Below are positions 1 to 15,949 of a DNA stretch of 64,000 bases, piece by piece. Positions within the stretch are counted from its first letter, which is position 1. Every line of letters starts with the position of its first letter. A program made the position numbers and the translations under genes. The notes below the pieces were generated by a model that saw nothing but the letters and a program-made list of their open reading frames with translations, had not been told where the DNA came from and did not search any database. Origin of the DNA: the human T2T-CHM13v2.0 reference genome, Homo sapiens; NCBI RefSeq assembly GCF_009914755.1, contig NC_060939.1, one strand, 5' to 3'.

Positions 1-881
1 GGGGAGTGTCAGAGAAGGCTGAGTACAAAGCCAAGACCTCAACCCCACTGGGTGGTAATAAGCACCTTGCCCTCTATCTTCAGAGGACACACAGGGAGCC
101 TGAACTTTCACACTCATCTGGCTGTAATGAGAATCTCTGCCTCCTCTCAGCTAGGAAGTACCCCTGCCAAGAAGTACCAAGCCCATTCCCCAGGTATCAA
201 CAGGGGCAGAGGGGGAACCTGTACTTCAATTACCCTCTGGCAGTTGTCAGGCAATGGCCCCCTGAACCTACCAGAGTGGTGTCAGGAGGTCCGCTAAAAC
301 ACAAGATTTAAGTAAGACCCAGAGTCCTATAACTTAATACCAAATATATACCCTTTTAAACAAACAAAAAAAATCACTTATACCAAGAACCAGGAAGATT
401 TCAAACAGAACAAGAAAAGATATGAAAACTGAGATGACAGATGTTAGAGTTATCTGACTGGGATTTAAAAGTAGTCATCCTAAGAATACTTCAACAAGCA
501 ATTACAAACATACCTAAGACAAATGAAAAATTAGAAAATGTAGTAAAGAAATAGAAAGTCTTACCAAAACAATAGAAGATACAAAACAGAGCCAAATAAA
601 GAACAAAAATATGGGCAGATATAATAGGGACTGAAAAATACAACTCTGATTTTAAAAACTCAATGGATGTGCTGAAAAGCAGATTGGAGAGAAGAGAAAA
701 AGAATCAGTGTAATGTAAAGGTATAACATAGAAATCACCCAATTTGAACAACAGAGAAAAATTAAACTTAAAAAAAAAAACACATATACAGAACACAACT
801 CAGGAACATGTGGGACTGCGACAAAAGTCTGGAGTCCGTAGAAGAGGCGAAATAAGGTAGAGCTAAAAAAGTATTCGAAGA

Positions 882-1282
<401 letters not shown>

Positions 1283-1449
1283 CTAAACAGAAAAAAAACC
1301 CATAGAAACTCATGCCAAAATACATCATAGTCAAACTTCTAAAAACTAAAGACAAAGAAACCTTAAAAGCTGCCAAGGAGAAACAACGCCTTACTTATAT
1401 GGGAAAAACAATTCTAAAGACAGTGCATTTCTCATTGGCTACCGTGTAG

Positions 1450-1776
<327 letters not shown>

Positions 1777-2976
1777 TAATATTTTTTAAGTGCTGAAAGA
1801 AAATAACTGTCAGCCCAGAATTTTAAAGCTAGCAAAAATATTCTTCAGTAATAAGCAAGGAGATTTTGTTCCTAGCAAGCCTACCTTAAAGAAATGGCTA
1901 AAGGAAGTTCTCTAGGCAGAAAGGAAACGATAAAAGAAGGCATTTTGGCATATAAAGAAGGAAGAACATGGAAAGAACAAAAATATGGGCAAACATAATA
2001 AGACTTTCCTTCTTCTCTTGAGTTTTCTAAATTATGTCTGATGGTTAAAGCAAAAATTATGACATTGCCTATCTGTTTATATGTTTCAATGTATGTTGAA
2101 TAAATATTTAAAACAATTTTATTATAAATGGTAGAGAATAAAGAAGCAAAAAGGCAGGTAAGGTTTATATGCTTCACCAATAGTAGTAAAATGTCAACAC
2201 CAATAGACTTTGATAAAGTATGTGTATATAATGTAATAACTAGAACAATTCCCAAAAAGGTTATACCAAGAGGTATACCTAACAACAACCAATATTACAC
2301 AAGCTCCTCCAGAAAATAGCCAACATTACCCTGATACCAAAATCAAAAAAAGTACAAAGAGAGAAAAGTGCAGAGTAACATCTCTCATGAATATGATGCA
2401 AAATTCATAAGAAAATACAAACAAGTAGAACACAGTAACATATACAAAGAACTATATACCATGACCAAGGGATGCAAGGATGGCTCAATATTTGAAAATC
2501 AATCAATATAATTCACCATATTAATGGGCTACAGAAGAAAAATCACATAATCATATCATGAATACAGAAAAAGCATTTGACAAAATTCAATACTCATAAT
2601 TAAAAATTCCCATAAAACTAGGAATAGGGGGATCTCCATAACTTGATTTAAAAAATCTACACAAACATACAGCTAACATCATACCTAATGGTGAAAGACT
2701 GAATGCTTTACCTCTAAGACTAGGAAAAAGACAAAGATGCGCCCTCTCTCCACTGCTATTCAACATAGTATGAGAAGTCCTAGCCAGTGAAATAAGTCAA
2801 GAGAAAGAAATAAAATCTGTATTCGCAAATCAGAAAGGAAGAGATAACACTATTCTTCTTAGCAGAGAACATGATAGTTCACACAGAAAATCATAAGGAA
2901 GCTACAAAAAACCATAACTAATAAGCAATTTTTTAAGGTCACAGGATACAAGATCAATATACACAAATCAATGGTA

Positions 2977-3224
2977 CAGTCATCCCCAAGTATCTGCACA
3001 GGATTGGTTCTGGGACCCCGCCGACATACACCCAAATCTGTGTATACTGAAGTCTGATAGTTGGCTCTGTGGAACCTGTATGTCTAAGAAGTTGGCCCTC
3101 CATATACATGGATTTTGCATCCTGTGAATACTGTAATTTTGATCCTCACTTGGTTGAAAAAAATCCACATATAAGTGGAAGTGGACCTGTGCAGTTCAAA
3201 CCTGTGCTGTTCAAGAGTCAATTG
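2977..3224. mobile_element. MER8-like non-autonomous Tigger (TcMar) DNA transposon
   Basis: TA duplication at 2975-76 and 3225-26, cagt...attg termini, body matches remembered MER8. L1 text rejoins across it. Confidence 0.85.
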
Positions 3225-3359
3225 TATTTTGCATACTAGCACAGATGTCTAAGGGGCCATGGAGCAACTGGAGTTTTCATACTTTGCTGTTGGGATTGTA
3301 AAAAGGCACAATTATTTTAGAAAAACTTTTGGCAATTTCTAATACAGTTCAACATACTC

Positions 3360-3723
3360 TGATATCGGTTTGGCTCTGTGTCCTCACCCAAATCTCATCT
3401 TGAATTGTAATGCCCAGGTGTCAAGGGAAGGACCTGGTGGTAGGTGATTAGATCATGGAGGCGGTTTCCCCCATGCTGTTCTCATGATAGTGAGTGAGTT
3501 CTCATGAGATCTGATGGTTTTAAAAGTGGCAGTTTTCCCTGTGCTGTCTCTCTCCTGCCACCTTGGGAAGAAGGTGCCTACTTCCCCTTCCCCTTCTGCC
3601 ATGATTGTAAGTTTCCTGAAGCCTCCCCAGTCATGCTGAACTGTGAGTCAATTAAACCCCTTTTGTTTATAAATTACCCAGTCTGAGGTAGTATCTTTAT
3701 GGCAGTGTGAAATGGACTATTAC
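3360..3723 (+). mobile_element. THE1D/MSTA-like MaLR solo LTR
   Basis: tgatatcggtttggctctgtgtcctcacccaaatctcatc ... gaactgtgagtcaattaaacc ... gcagtgtgaaatggactattac. Confidence 0.88.
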
Positions 3724-3847
3724 CTACCTTTACCATATGACCCAGCAATTCCACTCGTGGATATTTATTTACCCAAGAGAAATGAAAACATAAGACTCAT
3801 ATAAGAAATTCAGAGCAGCCTTATTTCTCAATAAAACTAGTTGCTAA

Positions 3848-4215
<368 letters not shown>

Positions 4216-4839
4216 GGGTTCTGTTTTCTAGTGAACTCATGTCAAGACATCTTCATTCACTCTTTCTCAGGAAGCTTCAGGAGGATGTACTCCACAAAAT
4301 GAGGGTGGAAACCAAAACCAGAGAAATACAGGAAACAGGAGGGAAATGGGTGAATAGCACAGAAGCGAGGCAAAGGTAATCTCCAGGCTGATGGCTACAG
4401 GAGACTCTATCCTACCTGATGACAGGTGCATCTGCACTCATGGCTGCTTTTCAAAAGAATGTGTCTATGGAAAGGATAAATAGCCTGGCTCATTTACATG
4501 TTAGGCAGGTGACACAAATGTCATCTTACATGTCACTTCTTGGATAATACTAAAATTGTTTAAAAATTGCTTCAAGCTTATGAGTGGTTGTATCAAGCTT
4601 CTAATGTTATGTGAAACTTCTAGTGACATATATATGTTTTTATTTGGAGGATGAAATATAACATGCACCTCCCTAGGGCCTTCAACACTTTGGGAACTTC
4701 AATCAAATGAGAATGTTTATAATAGATATTTCCAAGAAATTATAAAAGCATTTTAATCAAAAATTCTTTAAAAAAGAGAGAAATATTAATAGGATTTGAA
4801 CAACTGAAGAAGCAGAACATGTTTTACATTTCTACATTC

Positions 4840-5290
4840 CATCTGTCAATGGCTAAAGAAAACGTGTAAATACACAGGAGAATACTATTCAGCTATTAAC
4901 AAGAATGATGTCATTCATTTGCAGCAACATGGATGAAACTGGAGGTCATTATCCTAAGTGAAATAAATCATGCACAAAAACACAAATATTGTATGTTCTG
5001 AATTATATGTGGGAGTTAGAAATGTGATCACATAGAGGTAGAGAGTGCAAAGACAGATACCAGAGACTGGGAAGGGTGAGTGGTGAGGGACGATGAAGAG
5101 AAGTGGGTTAAAGGGTACACACATACAGTAAGATGGAATACATTCAATGTTGGATAGCAGAATAGGGTGATTCTACTTAACAAAAATGTATTGTACTCGG
5201 GTGATGAACACTCTGACTCAATCACTACACATTATATACATGTAACGAAATTTCAGATATACCCCATAAATTTGTACAAATAAAAATATC
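4840..5290 (+). mobile_element. L1MA-type 3' end
   Basis: gcagcaacatggatgaaactggaggtcattatcctaagtgaaataa ... cccataaatttgtacaaataaaaa. Confidence 0.85.
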
Positions 5291-6674
5291 TAATTTTAAT
5301 AAAAGGTGTTGTTTCTATCAGAATAGAAATAATGAAATATGAAGGATAAAGACTGCGAGTAAGCTTGAAAATTAAGGCCCTCAGGAGTATATTTATTTTA
5401 GAGTCAGACAGTTATTGCCTAATGTGTTGCCATATTAACAAAGTTTAATATAAAAAAACTTCTTGGTTCTTTGTTTAAACTGAATCCTTATCCACTCTTC
5501 AGCGCTTTTTGGTTAAGATTCAGTGATTCCATTGTAATAAGTGGCATTACTGATAAAAAATAACTGCGCCCTTAATTCTAAATAAAAGCATGTATTAAAA
5601 TTAACACTACAAAGTTAAGTAGACGAACATCTATTTATTATATGAAGATGTTAATGCTTACACTAACAAATTGGTATATTCTTACCACCTACAAGTCACC
5701 TTATTAAAGCTAAATGAGAAATGCAAGTAAGGGCTTTAACTGACACTACCACTGGATGGACCGTTGTGGACGTCATTGGAAAAAACACGCAGTTACTTAG
5801 TCACTTCTTTGTCTCTAGGCTGTGAAATAGCAACCTGTCTCACTTGACTTTTAAAAAGTGTTTATAACAACCAGGCTGGGATACAGTAAAACTGGGTTGC
5901 CACAGAGTAAAATAAAATGGCAGGATCTTTGCTTACAAAGGCATAAAACTCAACAAAATGGCTGTAACACCTGGAAATCCGACACATTTGACACCAAAGT
6001 GGGCAGCCTTGTTCATCCTCTGCATTGATCTCAGCTGCTAGTGCTCTGGGCAACCATCAGGGAGTATAGGGAACATGAGTAGACAATCAGGGAGAGGAGG
6101 GACAGGGAATATGCTAATGAGGCAGGTGGTCTGCATTTCTGCGGCAGACCTCGTTGTCTTGCCCGCCCCACAGCGTTTCCCTCCCATCCTTGCTGACAGC
6201 GCCCTGCTTGTGTCTGGGGCTTTTCAGGCAAGCCTCCTTGCCTGCCCCATGGGGCAACGTGCAAATGTTCATACGTCCAAGACGATCTGTGCAATTCCAC
6301 TCCCCTTGCCATGGACTGCTGTCGCCTGGCTCACAAGATGTAACAGGAGACCTGCTGGGGCTTGCTCCTCCTTCACAAGGGCCACAATCAGGGGCTCTCT
6401 CTTGCTGCCCTGAATGATGCAGTGTGAGGATGTGTGGCCTGATGCGGCCACAGCTACACTGCATCCCCAGCTGGAGCTAGCACTGACCCGCTGGGGAGAG
6501 AAGAGCAGGGTGCTATGTGTGCCTGGGTCCTCCATAACACTGTGCAGCTGCCAGCCCTGCCATGAACATCCCTGTTTTCAGACTCTGAGTTGTGTGGGAT
6601 AATGATGACCTCACAGTTTAAGCTCCTGCTGGCTGGGTTAGTGTGTTCTCCTGCACACTGCAGGACCTTCAATA

Positions 6675-6765
6675 AATCAACCAGCTCTGTGTCAGGGGAT
6701 GTTATTCCCATTTTACAGAGAAGGAAACTGACGCTCACAGGGAGTAAGTAAACTTGCCCACGATC
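6675..6765 (-). mobile_element. MIR fragment
   Basis: cccattttacagagaaggaaactgacgctcacagggagtaagtaaacttgccca is the reverse MIR core. Confidence 0.75.
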
Positions 6766-7689
6766 CGCTGACCCTTAACAGGAGCCCTCACACATCCAGG
6801 ACAAAATCAGATCACAAAAAAGGCCAGTCTAATTTTGTTTGTTATGGTTGAGTTTGTGGCAAGCCAATTTTAACTTCTCTGACCTATATGATTTCAAAAG
6901 CCGTATTACTGAGTAACGAGCAAAACTGGAGCTCAAATTTTGTAAAGTGCCAAAAGAAACACACCCATCACCCAAAACCAAATGAATGTCACCCCTCTGC
7001 CATATTTGCACCAGCAGGTTCCTTTCAACATAAAAGAAAAGAAAAACGAGTAAAGATCAAGCTGAAGTTCCCTCTATTTGCCTCCCCCATTTCACTCTCA
7101 TTCCTTCCTCCCTCGCTGTAACACCAACATGAATTTGGCAATTTTTTTCATTATATCACATGAAGACAGTATTTAAAAATACATTATATATTCAAATCTT
7201 CAGATAAATGATACTATTAAATGCTGACGAATATGTGCTGTACACAATGTTTATTCCTCTGCCACCGGTTCTGGGGAGGCGCTGGCTTGGCCTCTCCCCT
7301 GCAGTAGAGACTGAGGATTCTTCTTTAAGACTTCTGACTTGTTATTCCTAGGTGGGGAGTGGCTATCCAATGGGTCCATATAATGAGCAAGTGCCTCAAA
7401 TCCATGTTATCCCATTCCTCCCATATTCCTTCCTCCCCACACCCCAATTCCTTTCCCTTGAGCTTTCTCTCTCCCCAACCTGGCTCACTGCCAGTGTCTA
7501 GGCATAGCAGGACTTTCCCCTTCCTATCCCTACAGACTGTGCAGATCAGCAGGGCCTCTGCTTGTTCCAGCCTTTATTACAGATATAAGGAGAGTAACCC
7601 AGGGTCATATGACCCCGAGGTCTACACTTGGGAGAAGGGTGAGGAATTAACCCCACTGGAGCATTCAACAATGAGATATGACCATTGTA

Positions 7690-8130
7690 CGTGAACTGGC
7701 TGGGAATCTTAAAATATCCATTTTCATGAAAAACAAAAGAAGAGAGAATGTTTTTCAAAAAGTGCATAAAGAGCCATAACAACCAAATGTAACGCATAAA
7801 GTTGGGTTTTTTGGAATGAAAATAAATTACAAAAATGACTTTGGGGCCAATTGGGAAAATCTGAGTATGGGCTCTACTAGTTGACATTACTAAGTTAGTG
7901 CTAATTTTCTAATGCTGTTAAGTCATATAGGAGAATGTCTTTATTTTCAGAAGAAGTGAAGTATCCACAATACACATTCAAATGATTCAGAAAAAGTGTA
8001 TGTACTTCCATACACATAAAGAGAGATAAAGCAAATGTGACAAAGTCCCGAAAACTGGTGATTTTTGGTGCAAGATATATAAATACTCATCTTCCAATTT
8101 TCCTGTAGATGTGAAGATGTTCAAGACGAA
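7690..8130 (+). mobile_element. Old L1 (L1MC/ME) 3' UTR fragment
   Basis: gccataacaaccaaatgtaa ... ggggccaattgggaaaatctgagtatgg pattern. Confidence 0.6.
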
Positions 8131-8669
8131 GGAAATGGCATGTGGGTTTACTCTATAGTCTTACAATGGAGACATTCTGTTCTGGTGCCAAAGACAATTT
8201 CTATGTAAATTAACTCATTTGTCTCGATTAAGTTTTAAAAATGGGTTGAATTCAGTTAAAAATATTTTGGGCGAATCTAACTAATGCAAACTAATGCTAG
8301 TTTGACTAAATTTTTCCGCTGTTTCAATAGATTGAGTTGAAATTTTTAGTTTGGTTATAATTTTCAATTTTTTTGAAGGCACAGAGCCCTGAAGCTAATA
8401 GGTGACTTCTCTGAAGTGTCTTCTGTCAATCCCCTCTACACCATAGCAAGCAGCATTGAAAAATCACCACACTTTCCATGGCAGACACGCTAACCAATCA
8501 TCACTCTTCCCACAAAGGAGGTGAAAGACCTGATTTCCCTTTTCAATTCAGAGGTCTGTGCAATAAAGACCAACTGATTCAAGTTGAAAATGAGGATGAA
8601 ATAGTGGGCTTTGGAACACCTACCCTTGCAGAATCTGGACTAGAGTGTCTAAGGTAGTCATCAGAGAGG

Positions 8670-8917
8670 CAGCCAGCAGACTGGTTAGGCACAGAAGCTG
8701 GAGTTAGACTTCCTGGGTTCAAATCTCAGTTCCACTATTTCTTAGCAGTGTGGTGTTGGGCAACTTACTTAACCACTCTGTTTCAGTGTTCAATTCTTAA
8801 AAATGGAGATAATAATAGTCCTGATCTAACAGAGTTTTTATGAACATTATATTATTTAATATTGGGAAAGTACTTAAGATAGGGCGTGGCATATAGAAAG
8901 CCCCATATATGTATTAT
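8670..8917 (+). mobile_element. Near full-length MIR
   Basis: cctgggttcaaatctcagttccact ... tgggcaacttacttaaccactctg ... aaaatggagataataatagt ... tggcatatagaaagc. Confidence 0.85.
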
Positions 8918-11900
8918 GCATATACAGGTCCAAAATCCTGAGTTAAATAAAGGAGTATATTTATGCATATACTAATGAATGAATGAATGAGTGAACCAAA
9001 ATGCTTTGGCTTAAAAGGTACCTTTATACACCAAAGTCCTTTTTAGAGTAAGCACAACTGCTCTGACATTCATGCAAGAAAGACTATGAACTGCAAATAA
9101 AGGGAAGCTTTTGCACACAGAGTGCCTGGTGCTGCTTAAAGGGAGGTCAGCTGGTGCACAATGAGGCAAGTACAGAAAATGGGAGGAAGTGTTTAGGAGC
9201 TTTTATAGCAATGCGCTTTGCTGTAATATTTTTATTAAATTTTATAGAAGCATAGGGAGACAGTGAATTGGAAATCTAAAGAAAAGAGTTGTCCTTCAAC
9301 ACAGATTGCTTGAGAAGCACTGTCCAGAGGTTCTCAGAAATGCAAATTACACTCTTGAATTGGGTAGACATCTAAATACAGCATGTTAAATTTTTTTTTG
9401 CCTACATTCATTGGTTAGATTGTAGTATTAGGATAAAAAAGATTTAAAGAAAAAAGTTGAGTAGATCTTCGGGAAAAGGAACCATGTGAGGAATGTAAGG
9501 AAAGACCTGGCCTTTAGGTGTTAAGCCTAATGAACCAAAGAAAGCAACTTTTAAAAACCAATGAAAAGATTTCTTATATCCCTACAAACCCTCATTGATT
9601 TTTACTTTTGTTAGTTACTCTATGCTTATTTATTCCTGATTTCTCTGTAATACTTAGCAAAAAATAATTTAAAATAAGATCTTGTGTGAATGCGTGTAGC
9701 ACTGCAGATAAAGTAGGGGCTGAAGGCTTTGTCTCTGGTCGTTTGAAAAGAGAAATCCCTCTCCCTAAGATGAGCAGGAGGGCACAGATTTAAAGAGGAA
9801 AAGAGGTCAGAAAATAAAAATACTTATTTTCAATAATCCTTTCAAATGTATATCCAAGCTTGAAAGAAAGTGTAGTAAATCTCCAACAACCGGAAATAAA
9901 TATGGGATGGAAATTAGTATGCACCAAACCAGCAACTGCCAACGAGTGAAGACATTTAACTGTTTAATCACTTCATAAGAACTCGAAAAAAGGCTGGAGA
10001 CCCTGAAATGTGGGGAATTGGGACTGGGGATGGCCTTTTCCTTCCATATAGAGTTAGGATCCTCAAAAACTATATCCTGAATGCAAAGATTAGAAATAAT
10101 TTTGCTCTGGCAAAGGCAGTTGGGAAGAAAATTTGTCTCTTTTAGCCTAGGCTTAGCAGAGGAAAATAAAAACTTCCCCGGAAATGTTGACTGTCATGAA
10201 GACTTGACCTAAATTGATTTGTGGCTTGGAACCAGTAAGCCAAGAAATTAACCTAAAATTGGTTCTAAGTACCAAAGGTAATTCCTCTTGGGAAACTGGT
10301 ACAAACAAACAAACAAAAACAATCTCTCTAAGAGGAGTACACTCTCAACACAGGCCACACAAGAGTCCCACATATAACATCCTGCTCACAACCCAAAACT
10401 ACAAACACAACAGAAAACAAGCCACTGTGAGTAAGAGTCATACACACAAAATCAGCAGTTTATAGATACCTATAAACTTGAGGTTAAAAATGATTAGAGA
10501 CTGTAAACAAGCATGTTAAAAATGTTTAAAATACACAAAAGAATTAAACAAAATATGACCAAAGAATAAGAGGCAGATTTGGAAAACACATATAGAACTT
10601 AAAATGAAAGATATAAAAATTAAAGTAAAAAAGTAAGAATCAGTTTAATATCAGGTTGGACACTGTTGAAGGAAAAAGTTAATACATTTGAAGATAAGTA
10701 AGAAGCAACAAAGAGGGAAAGAGAAAAGATGCAAGAGAGTTTATGAGACATAAGAATAGACTGAAAAGATCTAACATTGTCCAATCAAAATTCAGAAAGG
10801 CATGAATCAGGCAATATTGAATACTGACTGAGGATTTTCCAAAATATGTAAAAATAAACTCACAGATTTTAAAAGTCTAAGACATTCTAAGAACAATAAA
10901 ATTAATGTCTTCCTTAACATATCCTAGTGAAACTGCACAATATAAAAGACAGGGAGAAAAGATGTTAAAGCACCTAGAGAAAGAAAAAAACCAGATTATC
11001 TTCAAAGGAGTGATAGACTGACAGCCTACCTCTTCAAAGGAACAATGGAAAGAAGAAGCCAAAAAAAAAAAAATCTTCAATGTGCTGAATGAAAATAACT
11101 GGCAATCTATAATACTAGACCCATGAAAAGTGTTTTCAAAAAATGAGGGCAAAACAAAGACATTTTAAGACTAACAAAAACTGAGAGAGTAAAATTAGCA
11201 CTCACCTAAAGAAACTGTAAAGGATGAACTTCAAACAGAAGGAAGATCTGACATGCAAGAAGAAATGAGGAGAAACAAAAAAGGTAAGCATATGGGTAAA
11301 TCAAAATGAATGTTGACTATATAAAACACTAATGTCTGATGAGATTAAAAGTATACAACTAAAATAAATGACAACAACTTACAAAACAGGAGAGAATAAG
11401 GATGAATAAAACTAAACTACTCCAAAGTCCCTGTCTTGCCTGGGTGTAAAGTAGGTTAAGATGTTAATTAATTTGAGATGTGATTCATACGCATATTTTA
11501 GGGGTAAACTCTTAATAATGGAAAGAGAGGGTATAACTTCAAAACTTGTAGAATTTTTAAAAAGACATGATTAAACAATATTTAATTGATTTAAAAGAAG
11601 ATGTGTAAGGAGAGAATAAACACCACATTGAATGGGGGAAAATGGCAATTGCATTAAAAATAAATGCACCTGTTAAAAGACAAAGGCTGTGAAACTGATT
11701 TTATGAATAAATTAACTACATGCAGCTTGCAAGAGATAAATCTAAAACAGAGGAATACAAAAGTGCTATAGGTAAAGGTATGAAAGGTGGCAAATGGTAC
11801 ATCAGGAATGTTTTAACTTACGGAAAGCTAACATAGCTGAATCAATAGCAGATAAAATAAATCAAAAGGCAAAAAGCATTAGTAGAATTTAATAAGCACC

Positions 11901-14108
11901 CTCTACACTGTTCAACTGCTCAATTCATGAGGAAGAAATCAGTTTAATTGCTGTATTCAATAACATAGCATTATATTTATGCAGGATTAAAAATCCATAG
12001 GAATAAAAGGAGATATAGACAAGTACTCAATCATGATGAAAGATTTTAACACATCTCTATCGGTAATTGAGAGAAAAAGTAAAAAATAAACCAATAAATG
12101 TACAGAAGATGTGAAAAACATAATAAATGACCAAATGGACAAATACAATGCAGCCAAAACAGAAGACTAAACATTATTTTCAAGCACACATGGAATGATT
12201 TTAAAAAAACTGATCATATTCTGAATCGTGAAGCAAAGTTCTCAAGAGATTTCAAATCATACAGACAATGCTTTTTGTCCACAATGGAAGTAAGAAATCT
12301 ATAATAAAAATAACTAAAAATATTTAGTAGTTTTTACATACTTGCAAACAAAGAAGCACTTACAATAATTCATGGGTCAAATAATAAACCAAAATGAAAA
12401 TCAGAAAATATTTTGAAACCATGTAATAACAAAAATATTACATTCCAAAATTTTGGGGATATAGCTAAAATAGTATGGAGAAAAAAATTAATAACCTTAA
12501 ATACTTGCAAGAGTTAAAAAGAAAGGCTAGGAATTAATGAATTAATCATCCATGTTAAAAAGTTACAAAGGAACAGTGATTAAATCCAAAGTAGAGGGAG
12601 AAAATAATATAGATCAGGAGTCAGTAAACTTTGGTCTATAAGAGGTATAGAGGGAAGGGAAAGAGAAAGAGAGAATGAATATGTGATAGAGAACTTACAT
12701 GGTCTGTAAAGCCTACAACTAGCTGTTAAATATGAAAGTAAAATAATGCCATTTTCAGACAAATGAAAACCTGAGACTTCACTGCCATCAGGGCTGCATC
12801 TAACAAAACTTTAGTTTTGTTATTACACCAGGATGGTGTAATAATTCTAAGTGTCTATGCATCCACTAACACAGTTTCAAAATATATAAAGCAAAAGATA
12901 ACTAAGGAAGAAACAGAGAAACACAATCATAGTAGGAGATCTTAACACACCCTGTTCAATAGCTGGTAGAATAAGTGGACAAAAACTTAGTGAAGAATAG
13001 AAAAGATCTGAGCGACAAAATTAACAAACTTGATATAATTAACATATATAAAAAGTACTATACCTAAGAAGGACAGAATTCAAATTTTTTTCAAGTGCAC
13101 ATAGAATATTTATTAAGCTTAATTATATGCTGGGTCATAAAGCAAGTCTCAACAAATTTAAAATGTCTGAATTCATTCATTATACATTCTTTGACCACAG
13201 AAGAATTAAGCTAGAAAAAAAAACTCCTAGAAATATCCCCACAGTGATTAAGCAACATATTTCTAAGTAATTTATGAGTCAAAGGAAAAATTATAATAAG
13301 TATTTAAAATGATTTAAACTTAATGATAAAGAAGAATAACATCAAAATTGTTGATGGAACAGAACAGACCCAGAATCAGACCCACACCTACACAGTCACC
13401 TGCTGTATCTCAAGGTTACACTGCAGCATAATAAAGAAAAGATGATTTCAATAAATGGTACCATGTCAGGTTGATGAATATATGGGAAAATGGACTTTCA
13501 TTACATAGCACATCATTTATGAAAATCACTTTTAGGTGGATTATAGATTTAAGTATGAAAGGCAGGAGAATATTTTCAGGACCTTGGGGTAGGCAAAGGT
13601 TTCTTAAGCTGAAATAGAGGCTCTCAAGTAAGGGGAAAAAAAAGGTAAGTTGAACTATTTTAGTCATGATCTTCTGTTCATCAAAGTGTATCAGTCAGTG
13701 AGTGAAAAGGGAACCAGTAGGGTGGGTGAAGATATTGGCAATACACACCTGACAAAGGTCCCATATCTAGAATGTATAAATAATTCCCACAAGTCAATCA
13801 AAAAGGCAATCTTAAAAATGGGTAAAAAACCTGAAAAGGCACCCAACAAAAGAGGATATGCAAATGGCCAATAACATGAAAAGTACCTAATTTTACTAGT
13901 CATCAGAAAATAAAAATTAAAACCACTGTGTGGATACTCCTACACTTCCAACACAGTAACTAAAACAAAAAGACAAAAAACATGGAGCAACCAGAACTCT
14001 CAACAGAGGAAGAGCAACTGGTACATCCACTCTGGAAAACTATTTGGACAACTGTTATAATGCTGAACATATGTAAATCCTATGATCCAGCAATATCACT
14101 CCTAAGTA

Positions 14109-14441
14109 CAATTGACCCTCTGTTATCTGTGGGTTCTGAATCTGCGAATTCAACCAACTGCTGATAGAAATAATCCAGAAAAAAAAATTCCATAAAGTTC
14201 CAAAGAGTAAATCTTGAATTTGCTGTGTGCCAAATAGTATGTCAAATCCACATGGATGAAATGATGTAGGCATTGTGTTAGGTATTACAGGTAATCTAGA
14301 GATGATTTAAAATATATGGGAAAATGTGAGTAGGTTATATGCAAATAGCACACCATTTTCTACAAGGAACTCGAACATCTGAGAATTTCAGTATCTGGAG
14401 GGTCCTGGAACAAATTCCCTATGGATACTGAGGGATGACTG
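14109..14441. mobile_element. MER2/MER2B Tigger-derived DNA transposon
   Basis: TA flanks, caattgaccctc...gagggatgactg inverted termini, MER2 core gtaatctagagatgatttaaa. Confidence 0.85.
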
Positions 14442-14541
14442 TATATATCTTTAGAAATGTGTTCATGGCTTACCAGAAACCTGTACAAGAATGTTCATAG
14501 CACCCCACTTTTATTATAATAATGACAAAGTTGCAACAGCT

Positions 14542-14945
14542 TGTTATGGACTGAATGTGTCCCCTCCAAATTCACATATTGAAATCTTAATCACCAGTGT
14601 GGCTATATATGAAGACGAAGACTTCAAGGAAGTAATTTAAATTCATTAAATGAGGTTATAAGGGTGGGGCCCTGATCTCCCAGAATTAGTGTTTGTATAA
14701 AAGACTCTAGAGAGCTTCAACTCTCAAACTGTCCCCCACCCCAAGGCATGCACTGAAGAAAGACCATGTGAGAATACAGTGAGAAGGCAGCCGTTTACAA
14801 GATAGAAAGAGAATCCTCACCAGGAACTGAATTGGCCAGCACCTTGATCTGGGACTTCTAGCCTCTAGAACTGTGAGAAAATAAATTTCTGTCATTTAAA
14901 TCACTTGGTCTATGGTATTTTGTTATGTTAGCCTGAGCTAAGACA
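14542..14945 (+). mobile_element. MLT1A-like MaLR solo LTR
   Basis: tgttatggactgaatgtgtcccctccaaattc ... cagcaccttgatctgggacttctagcctctagaactgtgagaaaataaatttctg ... taagaca. Confidence 0.85.
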
Positions 14946-15949
14946 CCAAAAAATCCATCAATAACATAATGGAGAAGTTATTTGTAATACATGTATATAC
15001 ATTGCAGTGCAATACACCAATGAGAATAAATAAGCTATATGGTAATTACACAACTCTATGAATGAATTGCATAAGCTTAATGATAAGCAGAAGAATCCAG
15101 AACTTAACCCATTCATGATTCCATTTATATAAAGCTCAAAAAGAGGCAAAATAAACCTATGCTATAAGAAGTCACTTTTCTTGATGTGAGTTTCTTGTCT
15201 GAGTCCTTGTTATAGGATGTGATCTGTTCTACACTTATGATTTGCACACTTTCCCACATGTACATTTCAATAAGGAATTAAAACAATGAAAGGGTAATGG
15301 GTCTAGCTCCAGAGATGACTCTAAGAGAAAAGACAGCTGGAAGCTGCTTGAACCTGAGATGACATTTTGAAGGCAAAGAAAGGATTCAGGTGGTGAATCT
15401 GCTGGATGGAATGTCTTCAGAAAACCCCAATTTGCAAATATTTTCACCTCATTTTATTTTTTCCATAAAATGCAAAAGAGTATGTCTGAAATATTTAAGG
15501 GGTACCTTAGATGCTGACTGAGTCTATAAACAAGGCTACAACATAAAACTGTGACTACATATTGTCATTAATATATGCTTTAACATCACATGTTTCTTAT
15601 TTTTACCCAGAATTGTTGAACAGGCTGGCTTCTCATGGATCTGATACACTGCCAGTTTTATTTTACCACTTCTTAAGACATCTAAAGGTTCTATTTTCTA
15701 ACCCTTCCTTAACTCCCACCTGAACACATGCTTTTCATTTCCAATACCTAGATTAACAAACAGATTTCTATTTCTTCCTCACAAAAATAAAAGTGAGAAC
15801 ATAATGACAATGCAATAGTGACTTAATGAATATTTTTTGATCTTACGAGCTCTGTTACAGCAGATTCATCACATGACTTGCTTCCAAACTTCAGTCTTGG
15901 TGGGTAATAGCTCATCAGTAACATTATGTATCCCTGCATTTTACAGGAC

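Larger units (their letters stand above)
9960..15285 (+). mobile_element. Long, highly decayed L1 (L1MD/ME-type) tract interrupted by MER2 and MLT1
   Basis: Strong A-skew with L1 ORF1/ORF2 remnants (ttcaagtgcacatagaatatttattaag, gtcataaagcaagtctcaacaaattt) and 3' UTR (gattccatttatataaagctcaaaaagaggcaaaataaacct). Confidence 0.75.

Noticed and set aside
4420-6010. AT-rich segment around the L1MA fragment that might be a decayed hAT transposon or pseudogene
   Set aside because: I could not identify termini or a recognisable peptide. It needs a Dfam/BLASTX search before any call.
6111-6121. ATGCTAATGAG octamer/TAATGARAT-like POU motif
   Set aside because: A single imperfect motif with no supporting context visible from sequence alone.
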